Origin: a virus
Taxonomy: Duplodnaviria; Heunggongvirae; Uroviricota; Caudoviricetes
Strand: one strand, 5' to 3'
IMG/VR virus record: IMGVR_UViG_2531839149_000016
DNA length: 26,648 nt
Both the position numbers and the translations under genes were made by a program. Every line of letters begins with the position of its first letter. Position 1 is the stretch's first letter. Below, one piece after another: positions 9,032 to 17,236 of this stretch. The notes under the pieces were generated by a model. That model searched no databases, had not been told where the DNA came from, and saw only the letters and a list, made by a program, of their open reading frames with translations.

Positions 9032-9153
9032 CACTAACCCTTATGTGATTCAAGTCTTCCATCTCATTACTCCGCATCTCAAAGAGCGGTTTAACACTGC
9101 GTGTTTAAAGAAAAACAACAGGCCTATTGCTGTAACTGTTTTTTAGCCTCACT

Positions 9154-9843
9154 TTAACCATGCTTCCTATATGTCTGCGGCATGCTCCCAATAACCTTAC
9201 CGAAGATGAACACCCGGTTCATCTCGTCTTTCTCGATCGGGTCCCACGGTGAGTAGCTTTTGTTATCAGAGATGACCAGCAGCTTATCCTTCATCATTTG
9301 CAGGCGCTTTACATGGGCTGTGTCGTCGTACAGAAACGCATAGATACCATCACCGTCGAAAGATTTAACTGTGATATCAACGAACAGCAGATCACCTGGT
9401 TCGATCGTTCCTGACATGCTGTCACCACGCACGTTAATGATGCGGATATTTTCCGCCTTCCTACCATCGAACATGTGACGAGCATCGTCAAACGAGTACT
9501 CAACCGAGCGTAGAACTTCTACAAACTCACGGTTGATGACTCCCGGCCCAGCACTGACTTCTATATCAAGAACGTCAATCTTGAAGTATTTGGAATGGCT
9601 GACAGTTGATTGTATTGGTTGCACTGTACTGTCTGACATATTTCCAACGCCAGAAGATAACCATTCTGCGCGCACACCCAAAGCGTTCGCGATCTCCACG
9701 ATTTTAGTTGTTTGATTAGCTTTCCCTGTTTCGATTTTCTGAATAGCAGCTTGGCTAACCCCGACCAAATCCCCAAGCGCCTTTTGTGTAAGGCCTCGCG
9801 CTAATCTGGCTTCTTTAAGTCTTTCTGAGAGTGTTGTTTTCAT
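9154..9843 (-). CDS. cI: CI-like prophage repressor (N-terminal XRE HTH + C-terminal S24 LexA-like autopeptidase domain)
   Basis: 229 aa from MKTTLSERLKEARLARGLTQKALGDLVGVSQAAIQKIETGK…; C-terminal GDSM…K motif typical of S24 self-cleaving repressors; divergent from cro. Confidence 0.9.
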   Translation of the reverse strand: MKTTLSERLKEARLARGLTQKALGDLVGVSQAAIQKIETGKANQTTKIVEIANALGVRAEWLSSGVGNMSDSTVQPIQSTVSHSKYFKIDVLDIEVSAGPGVINREFVEVLRSVEYSFDDARHMFDGRKAENIRIINVRGDSMSGTIEPGDLLFVDITVKSFDGDGIYAFLYDDTAHVKRLQMMKDKLLVISDNKSYSPWDPIEKDEMNRVFIFGKVIGSMPQTYRKHG

Positions 9844-9947
9844 AGTCCAAATGTACAACCAAGGTTTTATTCCATCAAACGAAAATGGTTGTTGACTAAA
9901 AACAACCATAGTTTTAATCTTGATTCAAATTAACCACGGAGGTTGTT
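9844..9947. promoter_or_regulatory. oR / pR / pRM divergent promoter-operator region
   Basis: pR candidate: -35 TTGACT, 17-bp spacer, -10 TAATCT, then GGAGG and the cro ATG; palindrome ATGGTTGTTGACTAAAAACAACCAT overlaps the -35; on the opposite strand TTGATG-17-TACATT lies just upstream of the cI ATG (near-leaderless, as for lambda pRM). Confidence 0.6.
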
Positions 9948-10178
9948 ATGAACCCAGCTATCAAAACAGCGATCAATATCGTTGGTTCACAAAAGAAACT
10001 GGGCGCTGCTTGCGAAGTTTCACAGCAGGCCGTCTATAAGTGGCTTCACAACAAAGCAAAGGTATCCCCTGAACATGTCGGCAGCATTGTTACGGCTACT
10101 GGTGGAGTAGTGAAGGCATACCAGATTCGCCCGGATCTTCCGAAGTTGTTTCCACACACCGAAAAGAACGCAGCTTAA
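9948..10178 (+). CDS. cro: Cro-like HTH regulator (YdaS/Cro family)
   Basis: 76-aa ORF divergent from cI, with an HTH (KKLGAACEVSQQAVYKWLHNK). Confidence 0.8.
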   Translation: MNPAIKTAINIVGSQKKLGAACEVSQQAVYKWLHNKAKVSPEHVGSIVTATGGVVKAYQIRPDLPKLFPHTEKNAA

Positions 10179-10247
10179 ATTTCCATTTCACGCTCTTTAA
10201 CAATAAGCAATCAACTTAACAGTCAATTCAAACTAAAGGAGTCAATT

Positions 10248-10787
10248 ATGCAACCACTTACATACCAACAGACTAGCGGATTTAGCCCGACTGCGGTGAT
10301 AAATCGTTCTCAAACAAAACAGGTGCCAGGCCACGAAAAAATCCGTGATGCCGTCCGCGCCTGGTCGGCTGAAGATAATCAGGATGTCGTTGCCACACTC
10401 ATTGTGAATGAGTATCGGGAGCAGGGCGGCGGCACTATCGATTTCCCTGATGATGTCAGCCGTGCACGCCAGAAGCTGTTCCGCTTCCTCGATAACAAAT
10501 TCGATTCTGAAAAATACCGAAATAACGTGCGTGAACTGACCCCGGCAATTCTGGCGGTACTACCGCTGGAATATCGCGGTTACCTGGTTGAGCAGGATAG
10601 CTTCATGGCTAGGTTGGCTGAAATGGAAAAGGAACTCAGTGAGGCAAAACAGGCTGTCATTCTCAACGCACCACGCCACCAGAAACTGAAGGAAATTAGT
10701 GAAGGTATTGTGTCGATGTTTCGTGTGGACCCAGATCTGGCTGGTCCATTGATGGCGATGGTTACTACCATGCTGGGGGCGATATGA
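10248..10787 (+). CDS. YdaT-family protein (occupies the cII position)
   Basis: 179-aa ORF; segments EYREQGGG and LTPAILAVLPLEYRGYL resemble Rac YdaT as I recall it; directly downstream of cro with an AAAGGAG RBS. Confidence 0.6.
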   Translation: MQPLTYQQTSGFSPTAVINRSQTKQVPGHEKIRDAVRAWSAEDNQDVVATLIVNEYREQGGGTIDFPDDVSRARQKLFRFLDNKFDSEKYRNNVRELTPAILAVLPLEYRGYLVEQDSFMARLAEMEKELSEAKQAVILNAPRHQKLKEISEGIVSMFRVDPDLAGPLMAMVTTMLGAI

Positions 10788-10873
10788 CAGGTTCAGAAAT
10801 GGCGAAAGCCGGTCTGCTGGAACAGAACCGACTTTCAGGTGCAAATCGTAACACACTCATTGCGGGAGGAATT

Positions 10874-11362
10874 ATGGCAAACACTGCTGAGATATTCAAT
10901 TTTCCAGTGCCGGATGCGGCACAAAAGGAGCCGCGCGTGGCAGATCTCGATGATGGTTATACGCGCATTGCAAATGAGTTGCTGGAAGCTGTAATGCTGG
11001 CCGGATTAACACAGCACCAGCTTCTGGTCTTTCTGGCTGTCATGCGCAAAACATATGGCTTTAATAAAAAACTGGATTGGGTTAGCAACGAGCAACTTTC
11101 CGAATTAACCGGGATATTGCCGCACAAGTGTTCTGCTGCAAAAAGTGTTCTGGTAAAGCGTGGGATTTTTATTCAGAGCGGGCGGAATATCGGCATCAAT
11201 AATGTGGTCAGTGAATGGTCAACATTACCCGAATCGGGTAAGAAAAATAAAGTTTACCTGAAAGAGGTAAATTTACCTGAATCAGGTAAGAAAAGTTTAC
11301 CTAAATCAGGTAAAGGCGTTTACCCGAATCAGGTAAACACAAAAGACAAACTAACAAGGTAA
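10874..11362 (+). CDS. O: Replication initiator O, N-terminal iteron-binding domain (lambda O-like); terminated by an in-frame TAA
   Basis: MANTAEIFNFPVPDAAQKEPRVADLDDGYTRIANELLEA… aligns with the lambda O N-terminus (…NVADLDDGYARLSNMLLEA…); GGGAGGA RBS upstream; the coding region contains the iterons. Confidence 0.8.
   Translation: MANTAEIFNFPVPDAAQKEPRVADLDDGYTRIANELLEAVMLAGLTQHQLLVFLAVMRKTYGFNKKLDWVSNEQLSELTGILPHKCSAAKSVLVKRGIFIQSGRNIGINNVVSEWSTLPESGKKNKVYLKEVNLPESGKKSLPKSGKGVYPNQVNTKDKLTR
11225..11336. repeat. ori: Origin of replication iterons: five near-palindromic repeats of about 17 bp, consensus TTACCTGAATCAGGTAA
   Basis: Repeats at about 11225, 11255, 11273, 11297 and 11320, inside the O gene and followed by an AT-rich stretch, the same architecture as lambda ori. 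Confidence 0.75.
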
Positions 11363-11383
11363 TGCTGCCAACTTACTGATTTA

Positions 11384-11824
11384 GTGTATGATGGTGATTT
11401 TAAGGTGCTTGCGTGGCTTCCATTTCCATCAGATGTCCTTCCTGCTCCGCTACTGAAAGCGGATGCTGCGATTCAGAACGGCAGCAAGTGGGGGACAGCA
11501 GAAGACCTGACCGCCGCAGAGTGGATGTTTGACATGGTGAAGACCATCGCGCCATCAGCCAGAAAACCGAATTTTGCAGGGTGGGCTAACGATATCCGTC
11601 TGATGCGTGAACGTGATGGACGTAACCACCGCGACATGTGTGTACTGTTCCGCTGGGCCTGCCAGGACAACTTCTGGTCCGGTAACGTGCTGAGTCCGGC
11701 CAAACTCCGCGACAAGTGGACCCAGCTCGAAATCAACCGAAACAAGCAACAGGCTGGCGTGACAGCCGGCAAACCAAAACTCGACCTGACGAACACTGAC
11801 TGGATTTACGGGGTGGATTTATGA
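11384..11824 (+). pseudogene. O: Replication protein O, C-terminal (P-interacting) portion, same frame as the N-terminal part but separated from it by a TAA at 11360-11362
   Basis: ORF ends …TNTDWIYGVDL with an ATGA overlap onto P, as the lambda O C-terminus does; it has only a GTG start and no RBS of its own; in-frame with the upstream O ORF. Confidence 0.6.
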
Positions 11825-12522
11825 AAAACATCGCCGCACAGATGGTTAACTTTGACCGTGAGCAGATGTGCCGGATCGCCAATAACATGCCGGAACAGTA
11901 CGACGAAAAGCCGCAGGTACAGCAGGTAGCGCAGATAATCAACGGTGTATTCAGCCAGTTACTGGCAACTTTCCCAGCGAGCCTGGCTAACCGGGACCAG
12001 AACGAACTGAACGAAATCCGCCGCCAGTGGGTGCTGGCTTTTCGGGAAAACGGGATCACCACAATGGAACAGGTTAACGCTGGAATGCGCGTAGCCCGTC
12101 GGCAGAATCGACCATTCCTGCCATCACCCGGGCAGTTTGTTGCATGGTGCCGGGAAGAAGCATCCGTTATCGCCGGACTGCCAAACGTCAGCGAGCTGGT
12201 TGATATGGTTTACGAGTATTGCCGGAAGCGAGGCCTGTATCCGGATGCGGAGTCTTATCCGTGGAAATCAAACGCGCACTACTGGCTGGTTACCAACCTG
12301 TATCAGAACATGCGGGCCAATGCGCTTACTGATGCGGAATTACGCCGTAAGGCCGCAGATGAGCTTGTCCATATGACTGCGAGAATTAACCGTGGTGAGG
12401 CGATCCCTGAACCAGTAAAACAACTTCCTGTCATGGGCGGTAGACCTCTAAATCGTGCACAGGCTCTGGCGAAGATTGCAGAAATCAAAGCTAAGTTCGG
12501 ACTGAAAGGAGCCAGTGTATGA
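11821..12522 (+). CDS. P: Lambda replication protein P (DnaB helicase loader)
   Basis: 233-aa ORF near-identical to lambda P (MKNIAAQMVNFDREQM…KFGLKGASV). Confidence 0.97.
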   Translation: MKNIAAQMVNFDREQMCRIANNMPEQYDEKPQVQQVAQIINGVFSQLLATFPASLANRDQNELNEIRRQWVLAFRENGITTMEQVNAGMRVARRQNRPFLPSPGQFVAWCREEASVIAGLPNVSELVDMVYEYCRKRGLYPDAESYPWKSNAHYWLVTNLYQNMRANALTDAELRRKAADELVHMTARINRGEAIPEPVKQLPVMGGRPLNRAQALAKIAEIKAKFGLKGASV

Positions 12523-12812
12523 CGGGAAAAGAAGCAATTATTCATTACCTGGGGACGCATAAGAGCTTCTGTGCGCAGGACGTTGCTGCGGTAACAGGCG
12601 CAACAGTAACCAGCATAAACCAGGCTGCGGCTAAAATGGCGCGGACAGGAATCTTAGTTATTGATGGTAAGGTCTGGCGAACGGTGTATTACCGGTTCGC
12701 TACCAGGGAAGAACGGGAAGGAAAGGTGAGCACGAATCTGATTTTCAAGGAGTGTCGCCAGAGTGCCGCGATGAAGCGGGTGTTGGCATTTTATCGCGGC
12801 AATTTTCAATAG
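12519..12812 (+). CDS. ren: Lambda Ren
   Basis: 97-aa ORF MTGKEAIIHYLGTH… matching lambda Ren; ATGA overlap with P. Confidence 0.9.
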   Translation: MTGKEAIIHYLGTHKSFCAQDVAAVTGATVTSINQAAAKMARTGILVIDGKVWRTVYYRFATREEREGKVSTNLIFKECRQSAAMKRVLAFYRGNFQ

Positions 12813-12848
12813 ACTATGTACATAAAAATATCATTTTTTAATACATGT

Positions 12849-13040
12849 CTAATTATTGGACGAAATTGGTTTTTGCTTTGGTTTAGTTAGCCTAGCAATC
12901 AAGCCAGAGGCAATAATGATGATCCAAGCAATTTGATGCAATGCTACTCCAATATAAGAACCTTTATAGATAATAAAGGCATAGATCGCTAGAAACGAAA
13001 TAAATATCCATAACGAAAGTTGATAAATTTTGGCGCGCAT
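12849..13040 (-). CDS. Possible small 2-TM membrane protein (63 aa)
   Basis: Hydrophobic ORF in AT-rich DNA; no clear RBS; speculative. Confidence 0.3.
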   Translation of the reverse strand: MRAKIYQLSLWIFISFLAIYAFIIYKGSYIGVALHQIAWIIIIASGLIARLTKPKQKPISSNN

Positions 13041-13296
13041 ATTTAATCCAATCAATCAGAAAGACGAGTAATCATAGAGGTACTATCACCCGGGTAACTA
13101 TTGCTATTATGAACGGATAGGATAGAGGCTTCAATAACATATGCATCAAGTATGATGGAATATGTAGATGAAAATGACTTGTGTCAAATTTGTGGAAATG
13201 AGTACCATGTTTCTCTGAAATTGATGTCGTTAATGGCTAGTGATAGTGAACTTTTTTACTTTATAATTCCTTTGGTTATAACAATAAGGTAAATTT

Positions 13297-13857
13297 ATGA
13301 AGAAGATAATATTATTAGCCATGATTATTGGTTCTTTAACAGGTTGCGCTAGTGTGCCACCATTGAATTTTTCAACACCTAACGTGGGAGTTAGCCAGAA
13401 AAAAATAGATGCTGAAATTAAGTCATTAACGGTATCACTTGCTCGTCCAGATGAGCAGAAAGGGGATATCACTGCTGGTATGGAGGCTATAACTCCAATT
13501 TGGCGTGAATCTTTGCAGGAAGCACTCGACCGAATGACTATTTTTCGTGATAGTTCACCAAATACGGTTAGCTTAAATGTTAAAGTGTTGGCTCTTGACG
13601 TTCCTGCTTTTGGTGTTTCAATGACAACTAAAGCAATTGCAAGGTATGAAATAATCAACCGTGCGAATGGTGATATTATATATACGCAGGATATTGAGTC
13701 TACCGGTACTGTTCCAGCCAGTTACGCATTCTACGGTATTGTTCGAGCACGCGAATCTGTTAATCGCGCGGTGCAAAACAACATAACGCAGTTCTTGCAA
13801 GCATTAGAAAGTGTTGATCTTTCTCGTCCAATGTTTCCTGTTAGGGTAGCTAAATGA
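13297..13857 (+). CDS. Hypothetical lipoprotein
   Basis: Signal peptide with lipobox (MKKIILLAMIIGSLTGC); 186 aa; stop overlaps the start of the next lipoprotein gene (ATGA). Confidence 0.7.
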   Translation: MKKIILLAMIIGSLTGCASVPPLNFSTPNVGVSQKKIDAEIKSLTVSLARPDEQKGDITAGMEAITPIWRESLQEALDRMTIFRDSSPNTVSLNVKVLALDVPAFGVSMTTKAIARYEIINRANGDIIYTQDIESTGTVPASYAFYGIVRARESVNRAVQNNITQFLQALESVDLSRPMFPVRVAK

Positions 13858-14306
13858 AGCGATTATTCGTAATTGCTCCACTCTTAGTGTTGGTTGGATG
13901 CGCACAAAATATATCGCCAAATAGTTATTCTGTTGGCTCTGTGGGCATGGTTAATCGAACTATCGCTGGTACAGTTATTAGTGCCAGGGGGGTTGATATC
14001 AGTGGGACTTCCGCGTTAGGCGGGACTGCTGGGGCTGCCGTGGGGGCAACCGCTGGTTCTGCGCTTGGTGGGGGAGTTCGTTCTAATATCGTTGGTGCCG
14101 TTGGTGGTGCAGTCATTGGTGGTATTGCCGGGGCAGCAATCGAATCTTCAGCAACAAAACAAACAGGCATGGAATATGTTGTCGAAACTGAGAATGGGAA
14201 TTTAATGACCATTGTTCAAGGCAAAGATCCGTTATTTACTCAAGGAAGTAAGGTCCTTGTTTTATACGGAAACCCTTCTCGCATAATAACAGACCCGCGT
14301 CACTAA
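13854..14306 (+). CDS. Glycine-zipper lipoprotein (SlyB/Pcp-like, 17-kDa-antigen-type)
   Basis: Lipobox (LLVLVGC) followed by a Gly/Ala-rich segment (GGTAGAAVGATAGSALGGG…GAVGGAVIGGIAGAAI) typical of glycine-zipper outer-membrane lipoproteins. Confidence 0.7.
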   Translation: MKRLFVIAPLLVLVGCAQNISPNSYSVGSVGMVNRTIAGTVISARGVDISGTSALGGTAGAAVGATAGSALGGGVRSNIVGAVGGAVIGGIAGAAIESSATKQTGMEYVVETENGNLMTIVQGKDPLFTQGSKVLVLYGNPSRIITDPRH

Positions 14307-14496
14307 CATACCTTTTGATTTTGTAAAATCAATTCGTAATAATAAAGTCATCGGAGCTTGAACAACTCCGGTGACTTCTGCGCTAAACGGGGACGTTTAT
14401 GCGCACATACAATCCAAACTCTCTTCTCCCTTCACAGATGCAGAAATGCACCTGCGATTTTTTGCATCCTGCGTTTGACCTCTGCGGAGGTGAAGC

Positions 14497-14952
14497 GTGA
14501 ACCTACCACAAGATGGCATCAAATTACATCGCGGCAACTTCACCGCTATCGGCCAGCAGATCCAGCCTTATCTGGAGGACGGAAAATGCTTTCGCATGGT
14601 GCTTAAACCGTGGCGTGAGAAACGCAGTCTTTCCCAGAATGCACTCAGCCACATGTGGTACAGCGAAATCAGTGAATACCTTATCAGCAGGGGGAAATCG
14701 TTCGCTACCGCAGCATGGGTAAAAGAAGCTCTCAAACACACATACCTCGGTTATGAAACCAAAGAACTGGTTGATGTCGTAACCGGTGAAATCACCACTA
14801 TCCAGTCGTTACGCCATACCTCCGATCTTGATGCCGGAGAGATGTATGTCTTCCTGTGTAAGGTTGAAGCCTGGGCGATGAATATTGGCTGCCACCTGAC
14901 TATTCCGCAGAGCTGCGAGTTCCAGCTGCTGCGCGACAAGCAGGAGGCGTAA
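14497..14952 (+). CDS. NinB/YbcN-family protein
   Basis: 151-aa ORF with GTG start after GGAGG; contains an RSLSQN motif shared with NinB-type proteins; the gene order ybcN-ninE-ybcO-rusA-ylcG-Q matches the DLP12 nin region as I recall it. Confidence 0.65.
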   Translation: MNLPQDGIKLHRGNFTAIGQQIQPYLEDGKCFRMVLKPWREKRSLSQNALSHMWYSEISEYLISRGKSFATAAWVKEALKHTYLGYETKELVDVVTGEITTIQSLRHTSDLDAGEMYVFLCKVEAWAMNIGCHLTIPQSCEFQLLRDKQEA

Positions 14953-15122
14953 TGGCTACACCGCTTATTCGTGTCATGAACGGACACATCTACAGAGTAC
15001 CAAATCGTCGTAAGCGTAAACCTGAGCTGAAGCCATCCGAAATACCAACACTGCTCGGATATACCGCCAGCCTGGTTGATAAAAAATGGTTGCGACTGGC
15101 AGCAAGGAGGAATCATGGCTGA
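14952..15122 (+). CDS. ninE: NinE-like small protein
   Basis: 56-aa ORF read by eye ([32 protein letters not shown]…), overlapping the ybcN-like stop. Confidence 0.55.
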   Translation: MATPLIRVMNGHIYRVPNRRKRKPELKPSEIPTLLGYTASLVDKKWLRLAARRNHG

Positions 15123-15405
15123 TTTGAGAAAAGCAGCGCGTGGTCGGGAATGCCAGGTAAGAACCCCTGGCGTATGTAATGGCAACCCTGAAACGTCTGT
15201 ACTGGCACATATCCGGCTGACTGGATTGTGCGGCACCGGTACCAAACCGCCAGACCTGATTGCCACCATTGCATGTTCTGCCTGCCACGACGAAATCGAC
15301 CGCCGCACACATTTTGTCGATGCCGCATATGCAAAAGAATGCGCGCTGGAAGGTATGGCGAGAACGCAGGTTATCTGGATGAAAGAGGGGGTAATCAAGG
15401 CGTGA
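15115..15405 (+). CDS. YbcO-like (DUF1364) zinc-binding protein
   Basis: 96 aa from [15 protein letters not shown]… with a Cys cluster (CNGNPET…CSACHDEID). Confidence 0.65.
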   Translation: MADLRKAARGRECQVRTPGVCNGNPETSVLAHIRLTGLCGTGTKPPDLIATIACSACHDEIDRRTHFVDAAYAKECALEGMARTQVIWMKEGVIKA

Positions 15406-15764
15406 ATACCTACAACATCACATTACCCTGGCCTCCGAGCAATAATCGCTATTACCGCCATAATCGCGGGCGCACGCACGTCAGCGCAGAGGGGCAGGCA
15501 TACCGCGATAACGTCGCCCGAATCATTAAAAACGCAATGCTGGATATCGGCCTGGCTATGCCTGTGAAAATCCGCATTGAGTGCCACATGCCGGATCGCC
15601 GTCGCCGTGACCTGGATAATCTGCAAAAAGCCGCTTTTGACGCACTCACTAAAGCAGGTTTCTGGCTGGATGATGCTCAGGTCGTTGATTACCGCGTTGT
15701 GAAGATGCCTGTTACCAAAGGTGGGAGGCTGGAACTGACCATCACCGAAATGGGGAATGAATGA
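15402..15764 (+). CDS. rusA: RusA Holliday-junction resolvase
   Basis: 120 aa (GTG start overlapping the ybcO stop) [46 protein letters not shown]…, matching E. coli RusA as I recall it. Confidence 0.93.
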   Translation: MNTYNITLPWPPSNNRYYRHNRGRTHVSAEGQAYRDNVARIIKNAMLDIGLAMPVKIRIECHMPDRRRRDLDNLQKAAFDALTKAGFWLDDAQVVDYRVVKMPVTKGGRLELTITEMGNE

Positions 15765-15901
15765 TGTTTGAGTTTTATATGGCAGAACTTCTTCGCCACC
15801 GCTGGGGGCATCTGCGCTTATATCGTTTCCCCGGTTCTGTTTTGACCGATTACCGAATACTGAAGAATTACGCCAAAACCCTGACAGGAGCAGGAGTATG
15901 A
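15761..15901 (+). CDS. YlcG-like small protein (46 aa)
   Basis: [49 protein letters not shown] read by eye; overlaps the rusA stop, as ylcG does in DLP12. Confidence 0.55.
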   Translation: MMFEFYMAELLRHRWGHLRLYRFPGSVLTDYRILKNYAKTLTGAGV

Positions 15902-15986
15902 AGTCAGAGATAACAATCAACTAATACTGTTTTGTTGATTTTTGCTTGTGATTGGCGTTCTGGTCTGATTTTTGTGGAGTAAGTTG

Positions 15987-16364
15987 ATGCGTGATATTCA
16001 GATGGTTCTTGAGCGTTGGGGAGCGTGGGCGGCTAATAATCATGAAGATGTGACTTGGTCGTCCATTGCCGCCGGTTTTAAGGGATTAATTCCTTCAAAA
16101 GTAAAATCTCGCCCGCAATGTTGTGACGATGATGCGATGATCATTTGCGGGTGCATGGCCCGTCTGAAAAAGAACAACAGCGATTTGCATGATTTATTGG
16201 TGGACTATTATGTCGGCGGCATGACTTTTATGGCGCTTGCACGTAAGCATGGGCGATCTGATTGTTGGGTTGGCAGGATGCTTCAGAAAGCTGAGGGCGT
16301 AGTGGAGGGTATGCTGATGGTGTTGGATCTCCGATTGGAGATGGATGCTGATTGTTCGAAATAA
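15987..16364 (+). CDS. Q: Late-gene antiterminator Q (QuuD / phage-21-type)
   Basis: [62 protein letters not shown]… matches DLP12 QuuD as I recall it; the track ORF begins slightly upstream at a TTG. Confidence 0.85.
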   Translation: MRDIQMVLERWGAWAANNHEDVTWSSIAAGFKGLIPSKVKSRPQCCDDDAMIICGCMARLKKNNSDLHDLLVDYYVGGMTFMALARKHGRSDCWVGRMLQKAEGVVEGMLMVLDLRLEMDADCSK

Positions 16365-16464
16365 TTAAAGGAAAAGTTGCTGTCTGATTGTCATTAGTCT
16401 AACATTTTAAATGTTGGAATCACAACGTAGTTATTATCATATAACAGCTTGTTTCCTGATTTAG

Positions 16465-16491
16465 CCAGCCTCCCCAAAGGCTGGTTTTTTT
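16465..16491 (+). terminator. tR'-like intrinsic terminator of the short late-promoter transcript (stem CCAGCC / GGCTGG, then TTTTTTT)
   Basis: Hairpin plus 7-T tract about 100 bp downstream of Q, where pR'/qut/tR' sit in lambdoid phages. Confidence 0.6.
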
Positions 16492-16519
16492 CTAATAAGT
16501 ATTATTTCGGGTAGGGATT

Positions 16520-17044
16520 TTATTGTTTAACCCATAATAATTCATTGACATTGAATCCCAACTTTTGAGCGGTTCGCACATAGTCTGCTTTTACTTTATC
16601 TGGAATAGTTGGGGTCCTTGCCAGAATCCATAGGTATTCTCTGTTCGGACCACTGACAAGAGCATACTTATACTCATCATCCAGTTTGATTACATTATAG
16701 CCACCATAGAAGGGGCCAAAAAACGAAACCTTCAATGCTGCAGTTTTAGTATCTCCAGTAAAGTATGCTTTACCTTCGCTCTCGCTCCATTTATTTTTCG
16801 TTGGATCGTATCCACGGTTAAGTACACGAATCCCTCCGTCGTTCCGTTTTCCATAAGTAGCGCTGACCTGTTCCAGACCACGTTCGAACCGGTTCTCGAG
16901 GCGAGCTATTTCATACCATTTTCCGAGGTAGCGGTTGGCGTCAAAATTTGTAATCGGCTGCACACCTTTAGGTGGTGTCGGGGCCTTACATGCTATAAGA
17001 GTGAAAGAGAGTGCAATGCCAGTCAACACAGGCCATAACTTCAT
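16520..17044 (-). CDS. Blc-like outer-membrane lipocalin (lipoprotein)
   Basis: 174-aa ORF with lipobox (LIAC) and strong resemblance to E. coli Blc (…NFDANRYLGKWYEIARLENRFERGLEQVSATY…FFGPFYGGYNVI…EYLWILARTPT…), but clearly divergent from the chromosomal blc. Confidence 0.85.
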   Translation of the reverse strand: MKLWPVLTGIALSFTLIACKAPTPPKGVQPITNFDANRYLGKWYEIARLENRFERGLEQVSATYGKRNDGGIRVLNRGYDPTKNKWSESEGKAYFTGDTKTAALKVSFFGPFYGGYNVIKLDDEYKYALVSGPNREYLWILARTPTIPDKVKADYVRTAQKLGFNVNELLWVKQ

Positions 17045-17236
17045 AATAAATCCTGTACTTTTGATAGTTGAGAGTAAGTATGAAAGATAGATGATTACGA
17101 CCGATCACTTAAAGAACTTTCATACTATATTAGGAATAGTCCATAACAGAAAAATTGTCAGTGATGACGCCAGAAAGGCAATTTATTCCGTGCACTACAC
17201 AGTTTATGTGTTAATGAATTAGTCAAGGGGGAGAAT

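Noticed and set aside
11224-11340. Tandem repeats that could be mistaken for a CRISPR array
   Set aside because: The repeats are 17-bp near-palindromes with short variable linkers, lie inside the O coding region and are followed by AT-rich DNA; this is an iteron origin, not repeat-spacer architecture, and no cas genes are present.
14751-15920. Long minus-strand ORFs (14751..15398, 14974..15312, 15423..15920) across the nin region
   Set aside because: They run antisense through ybcN/ninE/ybcO/rusA, which have strong homology support and coupled start-stop overlaps.
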